From the NCBI GenBank assembly GCA_964016885.1, contig OZ024741.1, forward strand, positions 366,358,001-366,422,000: a DNA stretch of 64,000 nt. The letters run 5' to 3'. The position numbers were made by a program, and so were the translations under genes. This document shows positions 55,455 through 64,000 of this stretch, one piece after another. The notes below the pieces were generated by a model that was not told the origin of the DNA, did no database searches, and saw only the letters and a list, made by a program, of their open reading frames with translations. How positions within the stretch are numbered: position 1 is the stretch's first letter; every line of letters begins with the position of its first letter. The stretch is from Eledone cirrhosa. Lineage: Eukaryota.

Positions 55455-56530
55455 TAAAATAACAGATTAAAGTTTAAGCAAAGAATCGCTGCTTTCACCC
55501 TTAACGGGATCTTCTGAAACTAACAAAGTCAATCTGTAAACGTAGAAGTGGATATTTCAAAAAACGTTGCGACCGGGGCAAGACAGGAAAACGATACTTT
55601 AGTTCGTGGAAACGTTCCCTTCACAAAACATACAGGTAATATATACTTACCTATGCAAATAAGTAATGGTATAAACATAACATATACTTAGCTACCACAT
55701 AAAGACGTAAAATATCCACGTATAGATCGTACTATCCGTTAGGGTATAATGTGGGGCTGTAATACAGGAAAGTTTTGTGCAATTTATGTTTACAAGCCGA
55801 AATTGCCTCAGATTTTTTGTTTAAGATGTGGTCTGTGGTGTAGAGTATTTCCAGGGCCTCGGCGGTACAGAGGTCACATGGTCTTTTTTTCCGTTATACG
55901 ATCTAGCCCTAGCTAGGATCTCCCAGTGTAACTTATATTGGGTGTGGTTGTCTTTTAGATTCCAGATATAAGCTGAAAGTGACGTCATATTCCTTCTTAG
56001 AGGGTAACGAAAAGAATGGGTATGCATGTAAAGGCCCTGGAAATACTCTACGCCACAGACCACATCTTAAACAAAAAATATGAGGCAATTTCGGCTTGTA
56101 AACATAAATTGCACAAAACTTTCCTGTATTACAGCCCCACATTATACCCTAACGGATAGTACGATCTATACGTGGATATTTTACGTCTTGATGTGGTAGC
56201 TAAGTATGTGTTATGTTTATACCATTACTTATTTGCATAGGTAAGTATATATTACCTGTATGTTTTGTGAAGGGAACGTTTCCACGAACCAAAGTATCGT
56301 CTTCCTGTCTTCCTCCGGTTGCAACGTTTTTTGAAATATCCACTTCTGCGTTTACAGATTGACTTTCTTAGTTTCAGAAGATCCCATTAAGGGTGAAAGC
56401 AGCGATTCTTTGCTTAAACTTAAATCTGTTATTTTAATAAATATTTGCTCTACGGTTCTTATATATTTGATATATATTTATCCTTATCGAGCCTTCTTTG
56501 GATTTTAGTCTTCAAATTTATTATTATTAC
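55451..56530 (-). mobile_element. 5'-truncated PLE (family D) with ~410-bp inverted duplication
   Basis: Arms 55451-55858 / 56032-56441. 56030->55732 encodes TSLSAYIWNLKD..LHWEILARARSYN and, after a frameshift, CDLCTAEALEILYTTDHILNKKSEAISACKH, matching the PLE1/PLE2 C-termini. Confidence 0.9.
56370..56420 (+). ncRNA. Hammerhead-like fold with CAGAAGA core (also 19822-19872 -, 21949-21996 +, 41180-41228 -, 41275-41325 +, 55471-55521 -)
   Basis: agttt CAGAAGA t-ccc-(g/a)ttaa-ggg-t GAAA gcag..ttgc TT aaact. All three stems pair. Confidence 0.6.
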
Positions 56531-56575
<45 letters not shown>

Positions 56576-57142
56576 TATATATCAGATGTGAGAAAAACCA
56601 CAGACCTTCCATCTCAACTCTACTTTGGAAAAGCAGAAAAACTGCGAAACCGGTAAAAGAACCAAATAAATATATATATTTTTTTTTAAAAAGACTCCAG
56701 TTGCATTTTCGATTTCATCTTTTTTCTTTATACTTTCACTCGTGTAGGACACCTCGGTTATTTTTCATTTTGTAAAAAAAAACTCACTTTCTAATATATA
56801 TATATTGACATGGCATTCAACAAATCGACAAGATCAATTCGCTTACCGAGGGGGAAGGTGTCTCACTAGATCGGACCAAGGAAACAATGTTTCCATTTGT
56901 CTTTCCAATTGCTAATACTATCTACCGGTCGCAACTCCTGGCAGAAAGAGCCCCGCGAAATAAAGTGTCTTCCTCAAAGACACAACGGGAATCGAACTCA
57001 CAGCCTCACGATTGTAAATCGAACTCTCTAACCACTAAGCCACGTATTTACATATCGTTATATTTATATTCATGTATGTAAATGTATATAAATATATATA
57101 AATATATAAACATATAAATATATATGTATGTGCTTGTCTGTG

Positions 57143-57330
<188 letters not shown>

Positions 57331-57760
57331 TGTGTGTATGTGTGTGTGTGTGTGTGTGTTTATAGAGAGGGAGAGGCGATAGAGATATACTATTTCACCT
57401 ACGTGAAATCTGTGAAGGTTCTATAAGTATGTTTTGAGAATTGTCTGTTACTGAGTTTAGTTATTGTTCCTATGTGTTTTCTATTGTTAGTGTATAGTGA
57501 ATTTTCATGTTTAAACGCCTTTTTTATGTGATTATGTATTATGGTTGGCTGTGTAATGCTCTTAGCATATATTTTATAGTGAAACACTCTATTACGCACT
57601 TATGCGTGTGCAACATATGCGAGTGTTGTAGTGTTAATGTAAGTGGCTCTATATATCATGTTTGTGTCAATGTCTGTGTCACTGTGTCTGTGTGTCTCTC
57701 TATTCCATCTGCAAAATGCAAAAGATAAATATGAGAAAGTATTATAGAAATTGTAACGAT

Positions 57761-57836
<76 letters not shown>

Positions 57837-57870
57837 ACATACACATATGCATATATGTATGTATGCATAT

Positions 57871-57935
57871 ATAAAAAAAACCATATAGATAAAGAGTTGA
57901 TATTTTTATCTTATATATATATATATATATGTATG

Positions 57936-57991
<56 letters not shown>

Positions 57992-58023
57992 ATATGTATA
58001 TATATATATATATAAATACATAT

Positions 58024-58109
<86 letters not shown>

Positions 58110-58149
58110 ATAAAAATATCAACTCTTTATCTATATGTTTTTTTTTTAT
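57871..58149. repeat. ~42-bp inverted pair enclosing (TA)n
   Basis: catatagataaagagttgatatttttatctta / taagataaaaatatcaactctttatctatatg. Confidence 0.88.
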
Positions 58150-58811
58150 AAATACATATTCTTTGCAGATACTTTCACTAAAAAACATCGTTTGTATATA
58201 AACCGATTACAGAAGCAGTATATCCGTTGTTCAGTGGGACATCCTCTCCAATTGTTACCAATACAATCTAAAAGGAAAGATATATGGAGGCATGTCATAT
58301 GTAGCAGGTAGCATGAATTATTCAAGTTTTTCTTACTGATCTTGAAAATATTAGGAAAACGCATGGTCTAATGGTAAGCTTGTTGAACACACGCGCATGA
58401 GGTCAGTCCATGATTCAACGTTCTTTAGTAAGACGCATGATTTCACGATGCTCCTGTCCACTCAACAGGAAAAATATTAGTACCCATTTCTCTTTCTTTC
58501 TCTTTCTTTCTCTTTCTTTTCCCTCCTTCTCTCTCCCCCTCTATCCCTCTCTCTCTCCCCCTCTCTCCCCCTCTCTCTCTCTCTCTCTATCACACTATCT
58601 TTCTCGCTCTCTCTCTCACTCTTTCCTCTATTTTTCTATCTCTCTCACTGGCTCACTACCTTCTCTCATTGTATTAACTTTATATAAACACTAGACAACA
58701 AACAGCTGTCAATTTGCATACATATATTCACACACATATTTATATATATATGTAGATATATATATATACATTTATATACATTTATATACAAACATACATA
58801 TATGTGTGTCA

Positions 58812-58885
<74 letters not shown>

Positions 58886-58918
58886 TTATATACAAACATA
58901 CATACATATATGTGTGTC

Positions 58919-58968
<50 letters not shown>

Positions 58969-59266
58969 ATGTATACAGACATATATATATATATATATGC
59001 TTACACACATATATAGATACATACATATGTGTGCATCTCTGTGTGTATATCCATATTTGGATCTTTATCTTTAAACATATATATATATATGAGATATTAC
59101 TATTTAAGTAAGTACACTATAGTAGAATGTAGATATTATTACAAGTATGTTTACTCTACGGTGAAGTTCATACCGATTACATAAGGTTTACCGTACGAAT
59201 AAAAATCCATATTATATACATGCATGAACATATATATATTCTAGAACTGTTACAACTTAACTTCAT

Positions 59267-59339
59267 TAAAGAATTTGAGCATAGATCCCGGTACCTCTTG
59301 CATGCTAAGCGAGCGCTCTAACATCTGAGCTAATTCCCT
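59267..59339 (-). pseudogene. tRNA-Ala(AGC) pseudogene
   Basis: gggaattagctcagatgttagagcgctcgcttAGCatgcaagaggtaccgggatc matches eukaryotic tRNA-Ala. T-arm and acceptor 3' side are degenerate. Confidence 0.8.
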
Positions 59340-59341
59340 AG

Positions 59342-59386
<45 letters not shown>

Positions 59387-59836
59387 GGAAAAAAATGAAA
59401 CGATTTCATTTCCCACTTTAGTACGGTTGTTACTTAACTATAAGTATGTATACGTACATACATATATGTATACAGACGTACAGTAGTATGTATATATATA
59501 TATATACATACATGCACACATATATATATGTACGTATGGGTTCACCGAACATTTATTATAATGCTCGGTGTGTTTGTAAACAAACATCCCGTATTAAGCC
59601 GTAGTGTCTAGCAACCATCGTTGCTCGTTTGTTCAACACTGACAAAGGAACGCTGTACTAGTTTCAAGCTTATTAGCTATCGTCAGCAACGTATACCTTC
59701 CTGCCAGAGTGTTGAACGTATATACTTACCTTATGCATATTAACGGCTGAGTAGCCCAATTTGCATATCGAGTATATATATATATATCTGTGTGTGTGTG
59801 TCTGTGTGTGTGAGTGAGAGGGAGAGAGAGAGAGAG

Positions 59837-59913
<77 letters not shown>

Positions 59914-61151
59914 GTATGCATGCATATTCATACGCATGTGTATGATAGATATATATAATTTATGTATATATTTTTCTGTGTGAGTGTGTTTTCTAAGTGA
60001 GTATGTATGTACATAAATATACACATATTTACATACGTACATCTGTGATTATATTAAACATATACATTATTTAGTACACATAATCACAAACACATATACA
60101 CACACAGACAGAGGCACTCACACTCATGCATATATGTGTGTTTGTGTGTCCGTATCTATGTATGTATGCACGTATGTATCTATGAATGTATGTATGTATG
60201 TATACACATACATATTCTTTTATTAATTTGCCCACCCACTCTTTACATTTTAGATTCAGTTTTTTTTTTCTCTCTTTAGATTATCTCCCTTAATCTTACC
60301 TAGTTTTTAAGTAATCTCTAATCCCTATATCAAACGTATACAGGGTTATATGCACTAAAAGCACTAGAAGGCAGATGATAACCGTGATTTCTTTCTTCTT
60401 TCTGTTGGGTAGATTATTTCTATCCATAGCCATGTGATCTTAGCATAAGTATACACAATGCTTTTCTGTTGTATCATATGATGAAAGCTGGACTAAATGC
60501 TTAGTGATTTCGCTTGACAATCATGAGGACTCGTGTTCGATCCCGCTTACGTGTCATCTTAGGCAAGCGTCCTTCACCATAATCTCGAGTCTTGTGAGAA
60601 AAATTGGGTGCACTAGAACTATCTAGAAGCCCGTTTGTACCTATAATTCAAAGGTCCAACCTTGTCACATATCGTGTCACCTTGATTTGACTCGGAAATT
60701 ACTCTACAGGTACACGCGTCTTTAGAATACTCAACTACTTACACGTTAATTCGTGAGTTGAACGTTTAGTTCAGAGGTTCTCAAAGTGGGCGTTGATGAC
60801 CCCCCCCCCCTGGTGGTGAGGAGATCCAGGGGGACGCTGGGGTCGGTATAAGGGGGGGGGGCGGTAGTGATGATATAATAGTATATTAAATATCAAATGA
60901 TACATATATATAAATATAGTAAAATATATAATAGTTATTTATACATAGTATATTATATTATTTATTATATATAAATTGACGATTTTATTTATTATATATT
61001 ATTTACAATTTGCGTATAGGCAGTTCTTTCTGGAGATTAGGTTGAGGGCGCTGAGTGTATAGTTGGTTGAACTGAATGTTCATCGTCGTAATCGAGGGGA
61101 GAATCCATCATGAAGTGATATACATAGAAAATCTACTTCTTTTGTCTATAC

Positions 61152-61501
61152 CAGGCATTGGCAACCTTTTTCGAGAAACGGGTCGCATGATATATGGCTT
61201 ATCATCAGGCGGGCTGCAAGCGGGCTGCAAGCGGGCTGCAAGCGGGCTGCAAGCGGGCTGCAAGCAGGCTGCAAGCGGGCTGCAAGCGCTAAATTTAATG
61301 TCTTGCCCACATTAAAAAAAGGGTGGTAACTCAGGTTGTTTTGATTTGTATCTTCAGAATTGAATTCGTACACGTTTTCTTCGATCGTAAAAATGATAGA
61401 AAGATAAATTACGACTGAAAATTGGGGTTAAAAAAATCAGAAAGATTTCACTTAGGCGAGCCATTCAGAAAGATTCGCAAGCCGCGGGTTGTCCATGGCT
61501 G
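61152..61501. mobile_element. hAT (Charlie-like) MITE containing an 11-bp tandem repeat
   Basis: TIRs caggcattggcaacc / ggttgtccatggctg. Perfect 8-bp TSD gtctatac (61144-61151, 61502-61509). (gcgggctgcaa)x7 at 61209-61287. Confidence 0.9.
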
Positions 61502-62844
61502 GTCTATACCTTAAAGGATTAATATTGATTTCTTAGACATCAAGATTCAAATATTCGGTTTGAGATAAACGTGCGCCAATTTCGACGATTGGTGTTCCAG
61601 TTGGTTGATCAACAGAACAGCCTGATACTGATACTATCGTTTAAGTGGCTGTGCATTCGACAGACATGTATACTGTAACGTAATTATCAGGGCAATTTGG
61701 CTCTTTGAATTTCCTGCTAATTCTATGTAATGGGATTCCAACCAGTTCTCGTCTATCCACTTTCTCTCACGAGGCTATGGTAAATAACACTTGCTTGAGA
61801 TACCTCACAGTGTGATCTAACCAGTAACCTTATGATTCCAAAACAAACTTCCTAACCGTCCGGCCATGCAGCAGGTCAGTATGTAGTTTTATCAAAACCA
61901 AAATTTAAATGGCCTTTTATTTTATTGATCTCGCAAAGATGAGAAATATTGATGAAGTCGCCATGATTCGAATTCAGAAAGGTAAATGCAAATACAACAT
62001 AGCTATTCCGGCAGAACCATTCGCTAGAAACATATTACGAAGTCGGAAACACTCTTTACTCCTTAACTACACTAATATGAAGGCACAATTGCTTAAGATT
62101 AAATCTAATGCTATGTGGTAATCTAATATGAGTTAACTGCGCACTCATGAATATATCTGGATAAACAGAGGTGCCGGACCATCACTTTCCGAAAGATCGT
62201 TCTTGTACCTGTAACTAGAAGATATTTGTTGGTGCTTTACTCATTCTACTTTTCGAATTGGTTGTGAATTTAATATAACTTTGGTTTAATTTTGATCAAG
62301 AACGCGATATAATAAAAGAGATGTTTCCTCGTGCACAGCATGTGACATCTTATGTTTAAAATGTCTTCTTTCCGTGCAAGACAGACTGTGTGTCCATTTA
62401 GAAAATGTATAACTCAGTTAAAACAAATTATGGTTTTAATAGGAAGTACATTAAAACATCTCATGGGGAAATTAATATATGCATTGAATTCATAAGATGC
62501 TGTTTATTCTTATCGAGAAATTTAATTGTAACGTTACTATTTATTCTATTTCTTTTCTACAACAACAATAATAACAATAGTTTCTTATTTAGGCACATGG
62601 CCAACAGTTTGGAGAAAGGGGAAAGTCGATTAAATCGACCCCAGTGCGTTAGTCGTGCTTTATTCTATCTACCTCGTAAGGATTAAAGGCAAAGCTAAAA
62701 TATATATCTGGTCCTTTGATTGCCACCAAAGAATAAATAAGTAAATCAACAAATAAATAAACAAACACATAAATAAAAAAGTGAATAAATAAAAAAGTGA
62801 ATAAATAAATAGGGCAGTCTGATCAGAGACATTTTATTAGATAA

Positions 62845-62934
<90 letters not shown>

Positions 62935-62974
62935 GAAATCAAAGAACGCCTACATACTCATACAATTTTTATTT

Positions 62975-63019
62975 GCTGACAATGTTTCATCCATACCATT
63001 GGGCAGGTATCATCAGAGC
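62975..63019 (-). ncRNA. Type I hammerhead
   Basis: gct CTGATGA tacc-tgcccaat-ggta tggat GAAAC att GTC agc. Same CAUUG stem III as the PLE2 ribozyme; GUC site. Confidence 0.65.
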
Positions 63020-64000
63020 TTTATAAACAAAAATACAGTGTTTACCGAGCTTAGTCACATGAACATTAGAAATACAATAGAGGGTAACAAGAGGGAGATC
63101 GGAAATGGCGAGTATGGAGAGAGTGCATACTGGGGTTGTTATTCAGCACTACAGCTAAACGCAATGGTACAGGCAGATTTTTTCACAAGATGCAGAAGCA
63201 CGTGAGGGCACACAAAAGCAAAAATTATAAACAATAGTTAAAACATATAATAATAAAGTAAAAGGAAAATAATAATATAAAGAGATAAATAAATTTTTTA
63301 AAGAAAAAAGAAAAACTTTTAAAGCACACAAAAAAAGAGAGGAAGCTATGCGTTTGCTACTATATATAACAGGTGATTTAGTTCTCCATAACTTAGAGTT
63401 ATAGAAATACTAAAAGGCTCCCAGGGTACCTTCAGAAAGCCCAAATGGGATTTTATTCTTCCCCATAGTATACATAATCAAGGTATACTAGTAGGTTATG
63501 GAATTATGTGGACCATGGGTACTAAACCTGTATATAGACAGGCACCACATAAATACAAGCCAAACACAAACAAAGCGGGGTTAATGCATGATCAAGCTAA
63601 AGCAAAAATACATAACAAAAATGGTTTAGTTCCTGAAAAAACACACATCTGGCGAGGAGTCACTACATATGTGTATCTACCGTATAGGTTAGTCCAATCG
63701 GTTTCATATGCCTCGATTGTCTAGGAGTTATAAAGACAGTGGATTATCCGTAGATAGTAATTCAGTCCAGAGTTTACAACATATGTAGATCGTCCGTAAA
63801 GTGCAACCCAGTCGGATTCATACGCTTACCAAAACAAAACATCACATATAGTAACATGCAATACAGGCTGAATTTACACATCAAAAAAATCTCCACGTGT
63901 TCAAAATCCCAGATCGTGAAGTACAATGTGTCCAAGTTGCAGCTCCAGATTCTGTACAACCAAATTCGTCGCACCTAATCCAGCCACGAACACGTCAAAA

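Noticed and set aside
57399-57599. 66-aa minus ORF with HNHIKKAFKHEN, faintly like a PLE GIY-YIG helix
   Set aside because: Similarity is too short, and flanking motifs are absent.
60772-61053. hAT MITE starting cagaggttctcaaa
   Set aside because: The 5' end is Charlie-like, but no matching 3' TIR or 8-bp TSD could be confirmed.

Overview
AT-rich, microsatellite-saturated eukaryotic DNA. The SINE families and (TA)n/(CA)n/(GA)n load suggest a cephalopod (Octopus-like) genome; this is an inference. Most ORF-track entries are microsatellite read-through. Supported content: two near-full-length Penelope-like retroelements (RT with YRDD plus C-terminal GIY-YIG, Naiad-type; 1-5109 with an intact 773-aa ORF, 11196-16198 with one frameshift), several PLE fragments, a decayed L1/Tx1 LINE, RTE remnants, a deleted mariner, pogo/hAT MITEs, a Helitron/Helentron-like element with a 42-bp array, about 20 tRNA-derived SINEs, a tRNA-Ala pseudogene and one large host exon (signal peptide plus S/T-rich region, 48455-~49791). 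The most notable signal is about 15 short fold-back (inverted-repeat) inserts in or beside (TA)n tracts. At least one family is demonstrably a PLE 3' end, and many carry type I hammerhead ribozyme folds from about 10 sequence families, including non-canonical cores (UUGAAAA = U3-A8 swap; CAGAAGA = U4A in six copies). All folds and alignments were done by eye, so coordinates may be off by a few bases.
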